Source: a virus. From it: DNA of 64,000 bases. Below are positions 18,612-28,550 of the stretch, piece by piece. The stretch spans positions 33,278-97,277 of IMG/VR virus record IMGVR_UViG_3300034104_004920, one strand, 5' to 3'. Under the pieces are notes generated by a model that was given only the letters and a program-made list of their open reading frames with translations, was not told the origin of the DNA and searched no databases. Each line of letters opens with the position of its first letter. The stretch's first letter is position 1. Position numbers and translations under genes: made by a program.

Positions 18612-20636
18612 TTAACGTATTGGACAAGCGCCAGTACTGCAGTCTTGATCTAGCAATTCATCGAAACTATTGCTGGTTTCGATATCTACTGGTAACAACT
18701 TACGAACATATTCTTCATATGCTTCTTTGGTTGTTACTTCTTGAGGCAGATAAGGATACCCTAAATCTTTAGCAGTCTTGCTTGGATCGTTACGGAATAA
18801 GAAACTTACGGCAACATAACTATCCCAGTTTTGGTATAGCCAGTTTACGATTTCTTCTGTTTCATCCACGCTGTAAGAAATTGTACAGCTCACATTTTGT
18901 TGACAGTAATTGTCCATCAACATCTTGTAAACCTCTAACTGCTGAACAGCTGAGTCTAGGTTTACTTCTTTGTTGTCGACTACATCAAACTCTACTCCGT
19001 CGTTTTTAACTGGAAATGTAATCAGTGTAGCACTGTCGTCGTAGGGATGGTTGAAAACATTATAGTTTGCACTACGTAGCTTTTCCACTAGTGGATCGTA
19101 CTTTGAAAAAGCAACATTGTTGAAAATGTACTTTCCAAGTGGCTTGTGCATTCCTTCCAGTGAATCATAGCACTTTGATTGTGTACCTTCTGGCTTCAAA
19201 GCTGTGATATTCTTTGGATAGGACAAGTCCAGTTCTTTAGCCATTTCGTACGCAGCGGCTGTAACAACACGCTCTAAACGTCGATAGTCATAAGCCTTCA
19301 TGTCATTGCGACCGGCTACACCCATCAAGCTAACACCACACAGCCGCAGGTGTTCGTTGTTTAAGTGCCAGCTTTCTTGTAGGATACCGTCTCTGAAATC
19401 TACAACAGTCTGACGGTAATTGGCGCGAGCAATAATTTTTGCTGCACGCAATAACCCCAAGTTGTCGTTTTTGAACTTCAACACATCAATACTGACCAGG
19501 TTGCAGAAGCCCTTATTTGGCAACAAGATCTCTGCACAAGGATTCATTCCAACTGCCCAAGGTGCACGAGCACGAAGTTGTTGGCCGTTGATTAGTCCAG
19601 GCTCACCATTACCACCCTTGTTGATCTTTTCAAACCAAGCAGTTAGTTCTTCGTAGCTGGGCTTTTTCCAGAAAATAATAGAATTATTACTCTGTGCACG
19701 ATGGTTATTGCCGTTTTCCCAAATGTTGTACTTTGCTTCTGCAAAGTCGTAGATCACTGGACTGTGATCATCCAACACAGCAATCTGTGCGCTCCGACGA
19801 GTGCTCAACACAGTACCCAACAGATTTACAATGTCTAAGATGTCGATTTCTGATAGTAATGAATCTGCCTTTGCATTTAAGATTTCATAGACCTTTGTGT
19901 AGGCTTTTGTCAAACCAACATCGCCCTGACTCAACCAGCCGTAGTTCTTTAAACGAACGCCAGGCTTGCGAATCTGTGAAAAGTCCAACACCAGCTTTTG
20001 GGCTGCAAACTTGCCGGCCAACAGTTTGCCAATACTCTTGGCCCATGCCTCAGCTGAGTCTCCGATTCTAATGGTCCAGGTCTTGGTAGTATTGTCCCAA
20101 GTCTCTGTATTGGTTTCGATTCCTTTATCGGTAGAATTATTACTGCGTACAATCTCCAGTTCTGGAATGTACTTTCGGAATCCGGTTAAGGAACCGCTAA
20201 CAGGACGGAAGCCTACTCCACAGCCCTGCAGTAGCAGCCAGAACACATCTACTACGTCGTATACAGTTTCCACATTTGTAAAGCTGCAATTAAACATACT
20301 GGCTTCACGACGACGAGCAATGTCTGTTCCACCCAACCACAGGGTACGACCCGCAACCGCTACCTTGCGATCGTGCAGTAGTGCCTTCAACTCTTGTAGT
20401 TCCGATTCTTCTTTTTCACTTAAAGCCACCCAGTCTTTTGACTCGCGTACAATGTTGTGAAGTGCAACGTCTGGAATTAGGTTGTGTGTTTTTGCTCGTT
20501 CCCACAAAAACCGTTGATGATTTACAACTCGTTCAACAGTTTGAGCCCAAGTCTCAAAAACTGTTCCCTCGTCGTTCAATGGACGGTTGTAGGTTCGTCG
20601 TGTAATTACTTGTGCTCTTGTACTAGGATTATTCAT
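18612..20636 (-). CDS. nrdJ: class II (adenosylcobalamin-dependent) ribonucleotide reductase
   Basis: RRTYNR, AGRTLWLGG, FNCSF, GCGVGF, NPCAEI, KPEGT, C-terminal CSTGACPIR; no beta-subunit gene nearby. Confidence 0.88.
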   Translation of the reverse strand: MNNPSTRAQVITRRTYNRPLNDEGTVFETWAQTVERVVNHQRFLWERAKTHNLIPDVALHNIVRESKDWVALSEKEESELQELKALLHDRKVAVAGRTLWLGGTDIARRREASMFNCSFTNVETVYDVVDVFWLLLQGCGVGFRPVSGSLTGFRKYIPELEIVRSNNSTDKGIETNTETWDNTTKTWTIRIGDSAEAWAKSIGKLLAGKFAAQKLVLDFSQIRKPGVRLKNYGWLSQGDVGLTKAYTKVYEILNAKADSLLSEIDILDIVNLLGTVLSTRRSAQIAVLDDHSPVIYDFAEAKYNIWENGNNHRAQSNNSIIFWKKPSYEELTAWFEKINKGGNGEPGLINGQQLRARAPWAVGMNPCAEILLPNKGFCNLVSIDVLKFKNDNLGLLRAAKIIARANYRQTVVDFRDGILQESWHLNNEHLRLCGVSLMGVAGRNDMKAYDYRRLERVVTAAAYEMAKELDLSYPKNITALKPEGTQSKCYDSLEGMHKPLGKYIFNNVAFSKYDPLVEKLRSANYNVFNHPYDDSATLITFPVKNDGVEFDVVDNKEVNLDSAVQQLEVYKMLMDNYCQQNVSCTISYSVDETEEIVNWLYQNWDSYVAVSFLFRNDPSKTAKDLGYPYLPQEVTTKEAYEEYVRKLLPVDIETSNSFDELLDQDCSTGACPIR

Positions 20637-20946
20637 TTCTTGGTTTCCACAATTTGCTAAATTTTAATACATTTGGTACGTCTTGTCTTGGACACACCAC
20701 AATACAGCTTTTGACACCATCTAGTGTTTTGCTTTCATGTGCTAAATACACCAGTTCTAAAGCTGCGATCTTCTCAAATTCTTTTTTGTTTACTCTTACA
20801 ACACACTTTTTAAAGGAATTGTTTAGCCACAGATTGTAGTCTAGTATGTCCTTAAAAAGTAAATGCGCACCCAATACTGAGTGCGCAACAAGAGTCGGTG
20901 TTATAAAGTCTGGTACATCTTCTAACACCGCTATGTACAGTTTCAT
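20629..20946 (-). CDS. peptidyl-tRNA hydrolase PTH2-like protein
   Basis: LYIAV......(A)HSVL...W....KKCVVRV...E......CIVVCPR layout resembles the PTH2 fold. Confidence 0.5.
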   Translation of the reverse strand: MKLYIAVLEDVPDFITPTLVAHSVLGAHLLFKDILDYNLWLNNSFKKCVVRVNKKEFEKIAALELVYLAHESKTLDGVKSCIVVCPRQDVPNVLKFSKLWKPRNE

Positions 20947-21506
20947 TGCTTTCCAGTACTGCCAAATCCGCCAGCACCACGAGCTGTGTTATTCCACTGT
21001 TCTTCTGTGGAATAGTGATCTACTTTTATCATTGTATAGGGAACAGGCATTACAACCAATTGTACTACGCGTTCATTTTTTGGAATTATTACGCCATTTT
21101 CAAATTCGCCCACGTACATCAAGCTGGCCAAAATCTCTCCGCGATAATCAGAGTCGATTACGCCAACAGAATTGGTCATCACAATACTGTTTTTGCTGAG
21201 CGAACTGCGAGGAAATAACAGTCCTACATGGTCTTCTGGAATAATCGCTCTGACCCCAGTACCTACCAGTGTGCGCTTGTTTGGCTTTAAAACAACGTCT
21301 TCTTTAGACCTTAAATCAAATCCAGCACTTCCGTTTGTGCCTTTTTGAGGAATCAAGTCTCCGTGTTCTACTTTTACCACTAGTGGCATATAGGGCTTTG
21401 TAAATCTCATACCAGTACCGCTATCTGCATAACCGCTGTAGTAGTAGGTGTCTTTGTTTGTGTATTTAAACATGCCTTCATTTACACCGTCAAATTTAAT
21501 AGCCAT
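20943..21506 (-). CDS. dut: dUTPase (trimeric)
   Basis: SAGFDL, PRSS, GVIDSDYRGE, RVVQL, RGAGGFGSTG. Confidence 0.95.
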   Translation of the reverse strand: MAIKFDGVNEGMFKYTNKDTYYYSGYADSGTGMRFTKPYMPLVVKVEHGDLIPQKGTNGSAGFDLRSKEDVVLKPNKRTLVGTGVRAIIPEDHVGLLFPRSSLSKNSIVMTNSVGVIDSDYRGEILASLMYVGEFENGVIIPKNERVVQLVVMPVPYTMIKVDHYSTEEQWNNTARGAGGFGSTGKQ

Positions 21507-22347
21507 TGCTTTTTAATACCTCTTTAATAATGCTGCAGTTTGTTTCGCCCAATGCTTCGTCGCAAAATTCTAACAAATCCATCAGTTTATAGTTGTTTAG
21601 TAGTTGCGCGGCCCCAAAATCGTTAAGATTACTGATATACTTATAACGACTGCTAATGGGCATATTAGCAATAATATCGTAACAAGTTCCGTACTCTTTA
21701 ACAAGAGCTTGCGCTTTCTTAGGACCAATGCCAACAACACCAGGAATGTTGTCACCAGCATCACCCATAAGACACTTGATAGAGATATGGTCATCTGGAT
21801 CGTAGTCATAGTGAGTACTCCAGTTATCCCAAGTGACCTCTTTACGCGTTACGTAAGAGAACCTCATTACATCAGGTCTAATCAACAAATCCCAGTCTTT
21901 ATCGCTAGAGATCAGAACAATATTTTTGAAACCAAACTGCTTTTTGTGCTTTACCACATACGCAGCAATATCGTCGGCTTCACACTTGTCAAACCTAAAA
22001 ACAGGATATTTGTTTTTGTTTTGATAGTCTTCTATTGTTCTGTTGAACTCGTTAAAGAACATTTCAAATGCTTTACGTTCTTCTTCGGTTTGAGTTTCAA
22101 ACTTGTCTTTGCGATTTTGCTTGTAGGTTGGTAGCAGATTCTTTCTGTAGCTGCTGCTACCACTATCACAAGCCAAGATTACTTTGGATGCTTTGTAAGA
22201 CCTTTTTAGACTTTCTACTGTTTTTTGATATTCGTCTAGAAACTCAGCTGCTCCGCTGTGCTTCCAACGAAATCCCAAATTTAAGCAGTCTACAATCATT
22301 ACCGTAGATTCTGCTTCTTGTGTTAAATTGTTAAATGTTTTGCTCAT
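21496..22347 (-). CDS. flap endonuclease / 5'-3' exonuclease (T5 D15-like)
   Basis: MIVD.LNLGFRW, YKQNR, EADD, SSDKDWDLL, GDAGDNIPGVVGIGPKKA. Confidence 0.92.
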   Translation of the reverse strand: MSKTFNNLTQEAESTVMIVDCLNLGFRWKHSGAAEFLDEYQKTVESLKRSYKASKVILACDSGSSSYRKNLLPTYKQNRKDKFETQTEEERKAFEMFFNEFNRTIEDYQNKNKYPVFRFDKCEADDIAAYVVKHKKQFGFKNIVLISSDKDWDLLIRPDVMRFSYVTRKEVTWDNWSTHYDYDPDDHISIKCLMGDAGDNIPGVVGIGPKKAQALVKEYGTCYDIIANMPISSRYKYISNLNDFGAAQLLNNYKLMDLLEFCDEALGETNCSIIKEVLKSNGY

Positions 22348-22353
22348 TTATAA

Positions 22354-22382
22354 ATTATATAGTATTGTGGTATTTTTATCAA
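22354..22382 (-). promoter_or_regulatory. sigma70-type promoter
   Basis: TTGATA-17 nt-TATAAT. Confidence 0.7.
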
Positions 22383-22831
22383 GTCACAAATTTGGGATTT
22401 GTGTGGGTTATCCAGTCTTCTAGTATCGACACAAAAAACTGATGCGGATCTCTGGAAATATAAACAAAGTTATAGTCTACATCAGGAAAGTCTTCAAACC
22501 CAACAAAGATCTTGCTGCGATCGTGTTTGAATAACAACAGTGGCTTTTTATTTACTTGAACGGCCTGTCTAACAGCTTGAGACCACCAATCGATTATAGT
22601 AGGATTTTTACTTGTTAGTATTTCCGACGTCAAATGATCTTCTTTGTAGTGTTTGCATTCTACACAGAATAAGTTGGTAACTCCAGGCACGTATAGATCC
22701 CCCTTTAATAGATGTTTAGGGTCTAGTGCCCCGCTGCCTGGAGTTCTTTGCCAGCCCAAGCCCGTTAGGGCTTTGAGCTTGTCTTTTATTAGTGTTTCTG
22801 CTCTTGAACCTTTGTCTCTGCTGTCAACCAT
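22379..22831 (-). CDS. Holliday-junction resolvase-like nuclease (T5 D14-like)
   Basis: SRDKGSRAE, RTPGSGA, KGDLY, VECK, WWSQ. Confidence 0.85.
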   Translation of the reverse strand: MVDSRDKGSRAETLIKDKLKALTGLGWQRTPGSGALDPKHLLKGDLYVPGVTNLFCVECKHYKEDHLTSEILTSKNPTIIDWWSQAVRQAVQVNKKPLLLFKHDRSKIFVGFEDFPDVDYNFVYISRDPHQFFVSILEDWITHTNPKFVT

Positions 22832-24623
22832 TCTCTATCCTTGATATATTCTTTGTTTTTACAACATGAATCTTTTCTAACAAAGGATGAGAAAATCCGT
22901 GAGAGATAATAAAAGTGTTCAAGTAAGGTTCTTGTAACAACACTTCTATTAGCTTTTCTTTGCCTTCTAGGTCTAGATTCTCAATTGTTTCGTCTAAAAT
23001 CAACACATTGATTCGTGTATTGCTAATGCCCTGCATCAATTTGCGAATTCCCAACAGTGCAGCTGCATTTACTCGTGCACGCTCACCACTGCTTAACGCA
23101 GTCATTTCTATGTCTTTGCCGTTGTCTGTTACTACAACGTTCAATTTGTCACTGTCGTTGATTTTAAAGCTGAGCTGAAACCTTCCATCACTCAATGTAC
23201 TCAAGTAACGGTTGATTAAGTCTTCTAAGTCTTTTACCAAACACTCTATCTTGTACGCAATCAATCCAGTACTGCTAAAAGTTTTTGTTAAAACGCCGAT
23301 TTTGGAGATTTTATCTTCTAACAGCTTTTTGGACTCAAACAGTTCCAACAACTCTTTGTTGTGTTCTACTAGCTGTTCTTTTATTAACACCACTCTTGCA
23401 TTGTGAGCCAATACTTCGTTGTTTGTTTTTGTGGCTACTGCAATAGAGGCTTCAATATCTTTTATTTTGGCACTATTGACAGCTATTTCTTTTTCTAGTT
23501 CTTTTTGATCTGTTGTTGTCTTTTCCATTGTTGGATCGTACAGATTGTAGTATTCTTCATACTGCTTTTTAGAACGCTCTTTACGTTCCCACTCTGAAAC
23601 GTCCTTGTAAAAACTAGAAATAACTTCTTCAAGAATTTTGGACTTGTTTAGTCCGGTCTCACAGATTTCATTGTGTTCTTGTACCAGTTCGTTGATCTTG
23701 GTCTGATCAATCTTCTGCAAACAGGTCGGACAAGAAGACCCTAACTTGTTCATTTTTAGTATAAAAGCAGAACTGTCTTTTACTGCTTTATCGTGTTCTG
23801 CTTTTTCAGTAATCAGTGTGTTGACTAGTAGCTTCGGCTTTTCACCCGGTAGTTCAACAATTATGGAATCTAATAACTCTTTGTATTTGTTGTTTTGAAC
23901 TACACGCTTGTTGAGCTTTTCTAAGTTTCTCAGCCTGTCCAACAATACAGCATTCTTTTCTTCCAAGTCTTTTGGGTAATTCAACACCTCTACTAACGCT
24001 TTTTGTTCTTGTGGCTCTTTGGAGTACTTTTTGATCAAACTATCTGTTGTGTTTATTTTGGTGTTTATAACAGCCAGGTTCTTGTCTAGACTCTTTAATT
24101 CTTCTTTAAAGTACTCGCCAATCTCAACGTACTTGTTCAAATTCAACAAATCAATCAAGAACTTTTTGCGATTTGTGTCAGTTGCTGTTAAAAACTCTAA
24201 ACTTGCAGCACTGCTTTGGTATACAATCTGACAAAACGTTTTGTGATCGTATCCTATCAAACCCTCTATTGCTTTAAATGTGGCCGTTGCAGTGTGGCTA
24301 GAAATGTCTGCGTTATCTTTTAACAACACAACTGTTTGAGTAGCGCCTCTAACAGTTTTTATGTTGTAAACACTGTTGTCTTTTTCAAACTCCAGTTCAA
24401 TAGAGTACGTCTTTGCTTTGGAGTTGCGGTTTAAGATATCGGCTTTTTTAATGTTTTTGCTGTTTTTGTTGTACAACACTTCTTCTAGTATAAGTGCTAT
24501 ACTACTCTTTCCGTGGCCGTTAAATCCTACAATCTGCGTTAAGGGGCTGTTATCAAAATTAATAGAGTTATTTTCTCCATAAGAAAAAACATTGCTCCAA
24601 CTCATCTTTTTTAGTTTAATCAT
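22824..24623 (-). CDS. SbcC/Rad50-like ATPase (T5 D13-like)
   Basis: GFNGHGKSS, CPTC hook, LSSGERAR, LILDE. Confidence 0.92.
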   Translation of the reverse strand: MIKLKKMSWSNVFSYGENNSINFDNSPLTQIVGFNGHGKSSIALILEEVLYNKNSKNIKKADILNRNSKAKTYSIELEFEKDNSVYNIKTVRGATQTVVLLKDNADISSHTATATFKAIEGLIGYDHKTFCQIVYQSSAASLEFLTATDTNRKKFLIDLLNLNKYVEIGEYFKEELKSLDKNLAVINTKINTTDSLIKKYSKEPQEQKALVEVLNYPKDLEEKNAVLLDRLRNLEKLNKRVVQNNKYKELLDSIIVELPGEKPKLLVNTLITEKAEHDKAVKDSSAFILKMNKLGSSCPTCLQKIDQTKINELVQEHNEICETGLNKSKILEEVISSFYKDVSEWERKERSKKQYEEYYNLYDPTMEKTTTDQKELEKEIAVNSAKIKDIEASIAVATKTNNEVLAHNARVVLIKEQLVEHNKELLELFESKKLLEDKISKIGVLTKTFSSTGLIAYKIECLVKDLEDLINRYLSTLSDGRFQLSFKINDSDKLNVVVTDNGKDIEMTALSSGERARVNAAALLGIRKLMQGISNTRINVLILDETIENLDLEGKEKLIEVLLQEPYLNTFIISHGFSHPLLEKIHVVKTKNISRIENG

Positions 24624-24868
24624 TTCTTAGTCATAAAGTAAAGTTCTAGCCCTCCAAGACCACCAACGTGTTCGCCTTCAATAAAAATCTGAGGCACACT
24701 TCGTGCATTTGGTAGTACCTCAAACAAATCTTTTTTAGTCCAAGTGCTTTCGCCGATCAGTCTGTAGTCTACCACATAGTTCATGCTTTCTAATATTGCT
24801 TTTGCTTTTTTGCATGCAACACAGTTTGTTTGACCCCAAACTACAGCGGTTTTACCATTTTGATTCAT
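24620..24868 (-). CDS. glutaredoxin
   Basis: CVAC, SVPQIFI.GEHVGG. Confidence 0.9.
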   Translation of the reverse strand: MNQNGKTAVVWGQTNCVACKKAKAILESMNYVVDYRLIGESTWTKKDLFEVLPNARSVPQIFIEGEHVGGLGGLELYFMTKK

Positions 24869-25817
24869 GATTTTTAAACTCCTCTATTACAGAACCCACA
24901 ACTTCTTCGTTTAATCCAAGTGCGTATGTTAAGTACTCCTCCACTTCTTGTTGCAGTGTCATATTGGAGTCTAAAATAAGTGTTAGGTCATTTACTGTTT
25001 TTACTAACTTTTTGTCTACGAGTTCGCTGTCTTCTATGTTTATCAACTCAGAAAGATTGCCTTCTACTTCATAAACAACATGATCAAAAGTACCTGGCGT
25101 CATTTCTTCACCGGCTCTAACCGTTTTACGAATTAATTGAGGTAAATTCAATTTGTGCCAAGTATGTGTTAAGTCCTCTGTGTCTAACACTACTACACCA
25201 GTTTCTATGGTATTACGGTGAAAGCTTGTAGAAAGTGGACTACCGGGATAGACAATATTACGCTGACTATTACTATAACTGTGTAGATCGCCGGCAAGAA
25301 CCACCTGCCATCTGGAGAAAATATCGAGATCAACTTCTGCTTTAACATGGGGCGGAATATCTCCTCGGACATGAGTACACAATATACGATTGTGTAGGCT
25401 GTGAAAAGCGTTGTCTTGCTCTTTTTCGTATTCCTTTAACTTGTTGTAAGGAATAATATCGATTGGTAGAACTGGATGTGACCAGTAGTCGTCTACGACT
25501 GTCACTAATTTATTGACTTTGTTTGTGACCGCTTTTAGGCTGGTCAAGAATGTTGTGTTCTTTTTAACAGCTTCGTGATTTCCGCTGTAGATAAAAGTAG
25601 GAACCTTGCAACTGGCAACAAAATTAAAGTAGATTTCTAACTCGTCCATGTTGGGCAGTTTGTCGAATACATCACCACCAACAATAAACAAGTCACAACC
25701 TTCTTGCAAGTCCCATAGCTGATCCAACAACATTTCGTAGCGGTTTAGGGTCCAGGTAACTGGAACATTCTTTTGACCGATCTTTATGTGTATGTCTGCT
25801 GTGAATAGTAATTTCAT
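24852..25817 (-). CDS. SbcD/Mre11-like nuclease (T5 D12-like)
   Basis: ADIH, GGDVFD, GNHE, GDLH, YPGSP. Confidence 0.92.
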   Translation of the reverse strand: MKLLFTADIHIKIGQKNVPVTWTLNRYEMLLDQLWDLQEGCDLFIVGGDVFDKLPNMDELEIYFNFVASCKVPTFIYSGNHEAVKKNTTFLTSLKAVTNKVNKLVTVVDDYWSHPVLPIDIIPYNKLKEYEKEQDNAFHSLHNRILCTHVRGDIPPHVKAEVDLDIFSRWQVVLAGDLHSYSNSQRNIVYPGSPLSTSFHRNTIETGVVVLDTEDLTHTWHKLNLPQLIRKTVRAGEEMTPGTFDHVVYEVEGNLSELINIEDSELVDKKLVKTVNDLTLILDSNMTLQQEVEEYLTYALGLNEEVVGSVIEEFKNHESKW

Positions 25818-25829
25818 AGTTTTTATAGT

Positions 25830-25868
25830 AAAAGAAGCCCCTAGGCTTTAGGCTTAGGGGCTTCTTTG
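25830..25868 (-). terminator. intrinsic terminator
   Basis: aaagaagcccctag / ttaggggcttcttt. Confidence 0.75.
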
Positions 25869-25869
25869 T

Positions 25870-26505
25870 TTATAGATCTTTGACTGATTCTTTGTCTACT
25901 GTTGCAGGAACTTCTTCGTCCGCACCACTAGCAAACTTTTCTAGAAGTGCTAGTACGTCGTCGGGTGTTGGACGTGGATACTTTGCGTCAATGTTTTCCG
26001 CTGCGTCCGCAAGAGCTTGTTCGTCCTTTGACAGAGCCCTGCGCTTGCACTTCAAAACTGCAAGAGTGTATTCTACATTGAAAGGTAGAGGGCCAGTCTT
26101 GGCTCGCTTGAATACTACGTCCCAACCAGTATCGTAATCAGTAGGATCGCCCAGGTCTTCTGCAGCAGTTAGAATCTGCTCGAACAGCTTCTTTTTAAGA
26201 TTCAATACCTTGACCTTGCCGTCCTTTGGATCAATACAGTTGATGCTGTAAGACCAAGAGCACTTGGCTTCTGGATAAAACGTTGGTACGTGATCTGTTT
26301 CTTTGTTTGTGAACTTTTCCTTGTCACGATCAAAAGCCAAGCACTCTACGGGAATATCCTTGTTGTTGCTTCCCTTTAGCCAGTAAACATACCGTGGCAG
26401 TACTCCGCCAATTAGTCGTACTACGTTCTCGCCGTCTTTGTACTCGTATGCTTCTACTGACTTCTTTACTGCCTTGCCTTTTGTTTCGTTAAACTTTAGT
26501 GCCAT
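25870..26505 (-). CDS. ssDNA-binding protein (T5 D11-like)
   Basis: VRLIGGVLPRYVYW, CLAFDR, LKKKLFEQI; acidic C-terminus; T5 gene order. Confidence 0.8.
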   Translation of the reverse strand: MALKFNETKGKAVKKSVEAYEYKDGENVVRLIGGVLPRYVYWLKGSNNKDIPVECLAFDRDKEKFTNKETDHVPTFYPEAKCSWSYSINCIDPKDGKVKVLNLKKKLFEQILTAAEDLGDPTDYDTGWDVVFKRAKTGPLPFNVEYTLAVLKCKRRALSKDEQALADAAENIDAKYPRPTPDDVLALLEKFASGADEEVPATVDKESVKDL

Positions 26506-26887
26506 GATCTTCCTCGTGTTTAAACTTTATTTGTTTGTTGGTGATTGTTAGTAACGGATTGTTTTTTATGTTTTGTATATTTAAATCCGGAAAAAAACTT
26601 AAATCTAAGTATTTTATCTTGTAGGTTCTATACAGTAACAGATCGCGACGTCCTGCTAGTTTAATGTATTGTACTATGTCTGAGAGTTTGCGATCTGTAC
26701 TATATAAAACCGGATTCGGATTTAAAATAAAACTATTTCCTGCAAGTGACTTTGTTAGTGGCTTGTATTTTTCTTTCTTGGGTACTACTATTGTTTTTTC
26801 GTGATGATACTTTAACAGTTTTAAAAACTTTTCATCATTGTTTTCAGCTTCTTGCTCTAGAAGACTCAAATTAAAAAATAAAGCCAT
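26489..26887 (-). CDS. hypothetical protein (T5-like replication block)
   Basis: ORF behind a promoter, between the D10- and D11-like genes. Confidence 0.6.
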   Translation of the reverse strand: MALFFNLSLLEQEAENNDEKFLKLLKYHHEKTIVVPKKEKYKPLTKSLAGNSFILNPNPVLYSTDRKLSDIVQYIKLAGRRDLLLYRTYKIKYLDLSFFPDLNIQNIKNNPLLTITNKQIKFKHEEDHGTKV

Positions 26888-26906
26888 ATTCGCCTCAAGA
26901 ACAACT

Positions 26907-26935
26907 ATTATAGCACTTTGGCTATGTTGTTGCAA
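26907..26935 (-). promoter_or_regulatory. sigma70-type promoter
   Basis: AAAATTTAGAC-TTGCAA-17 nt-TATAAT. Confidence 0.75.
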
Positions 26936-26944
26936 GTCTAAATT

Positions 26945-27247
26945 TTAGTTAGGTTTGTTATTATTGCTAACAACTGGTTTACTGTAATAATAGGTTAGTT
27001 TTTCCCATAGTTTTACTAAACCAGGAGTATAGAGATCTACTATTAATGCGAAAATATTTATTACGGGCATAAAAGAAGCAACAAGCCTCAATACTACGTC
27101 ACCCCACGTGAGTTTGACAACGTAGTAGTCTAAGTTTTCTCTGCCTTTATCTCGCTTATAATCTTGGTAGGTTTTGTAAGTATAACCAATCAAACACAGT
27201 ATTGTTGGTAACACATACACTAGTAGTATTATATTAGAGTTGGTCAA
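26945..27247 (-). CDS. hypothetical membrane protein
   Basis: two hydrophobic segments. Confidence 0.6.
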   Translation of the reverse strand: MTNSNIILLVYVLPTILCLIGYTYKTYQDYKRDKGRENLDYYVVKLTWGDVVLRLVASFMPVINIFALIVDLYTPGLVKLWEKLTYYYSKPVVSNNNKPN

Positions 27248-28550
27248 TTTTCCATCCTTTGCTCAAGTAAAATCCCATCTTTATAGCCTGTTGTTTCTTT
27301 TCTGCAGGACTATTGAAGTGTAAATCAATAACTACGGGATCTTGTTTGTCTTCGTGCATTCTCATTACTCGTCCAATGATCTGCTCTAAGTTTACTAGGT
27401 TAGAGCTTGGTACAGGTAGAATAACGCAACTCAAACGGTTAATTGAAATCCCTTCTGAGAATATCTGACGCGATCCAGCAATACACAACACTTCGCCGTT
27501 GTTGACTTTTTCTGCGATTTGCTGTCGTTCTTCAAAAGAGGTTTTGCCTGTAACAAGCGCGCAATCTTCACCAAGTTTTTCCTTTAAGTTTTCTAGAAAT
27601 TCTACTCTATCAGCAATAACTAAAACACTGTGTTTTTGAAGGATTTGTGCTCTAGCTACACCGGCTACAAAGTTTTGATAGTCCTCATCGTACAATAATT
27701 CGTTTATTTTTTCAACCCAAGTTTTTGAACTACTCAACCGTAATCCTGTGTTCAATATTTTAACTGTGGGGTTCAACGTATTGCTTTGTGGTGGACGAAT
27801 TACTTTTGTTCCAAAAAAGTCTTTGAACAAAACGTGCTTTTTGTCTTTTCGTTCCATTGTTCCACTCAATGCAATTCTATAACGAGAATACATAGAGTCT
27901 AAAAACTCGTGAAACGTTTCAGCTGGAACGTGGTGTGCTTCGTCTAAAATAATGGTTCCAAACTCTTTTTGAATTTGTGGAACCATTTTAATAGCAGTTT
28001 GAATGTTTGCTATAACAATAAAATGATCTTCAATATCAAACACACCGCTGCCAATGATGCCAGGCTTCATTCCAAATAGCTTTTCTACTTCTGTAGCCCA
28101 CTGATCTCGTAGGAAAGTATTGTGAGTTAAGACCAGTGTTTTTTGTTCTAGCTTTTTAGCAATGTGCAGTGCAGTAAAGGTCTTGCCCCAGCCTACTAGG
28201 GCATTAATAAAGCAAGTGTCGTTTACTTCTTCATACACAGGAGTTTGTGTGTCACGCAGTTCCAGCAGTGTTTTAGGAAACGGAACTTCGTTTTTTACTC
28301 GCTTGTCTACTATTAAGTAGTCTTGTGGAATCAAGTCTGTTCGACCTTGTGGAATGCTGATTACGTCACCTGGTAGTAGCTTGTAGTTTTTAATAATTTC
28401 TAGTCTTTTTGTTTTGCTAGTTTTTGCACTTCCGCCAATGTTGTGTTCTATTACATAAGTGAGTTCACTCATTATGAAATTTTTGTACTCGCGGTCTTTG
28501 CACTTAAAGTATATTCGATTGCTTATGATTGCTTTGTTTTGTTCTGTCAT
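27234..28550 (-). CDS. SF2 helicase (T5 D10-like)
   Basis: GWGKT, DEAHH, LSGT, SEGIS, QIIGRVMR. Confidence 0.92.
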   Translation of the reverse strand: MTEQNKAIISNRIYFKCKDREYKNFIMSELTYVIEHNIGGSAKTSKTKRLEIIKNYKLLPGDVISIPQGRTDLIPQDYLIVDKRVKNEVPFPKTLLELRDTQTPVYEEVNDTCFINALVGWGKTFTALHIAKKLEQKTLVLTHNTFLRDQWATEVEKLFGMKPGIIGSGVFDIEDHFIVIANIQTAIKMVPQIQKEFGTIILDEAHHVPAETFHEFLDSMYSRYRIALSGTMERKDKKHVLFKDFFGTKVIRPPQSNTLNPTVKILNTGLRLSSSKTWVEKINELLYDEDYQNFVAGVARAQILQKHSVLVIADRVEFLENLKEKLGEDCALVTGKTSFEERQQIAEKVNNGEVLCIAGSRQIFSEGISINRLSCVILPVPSSNLVNLEQIIGRVMRMHEDKQDPVVIDLHFNSPAEKKQQAIKMGFYLSKGWKIDQL

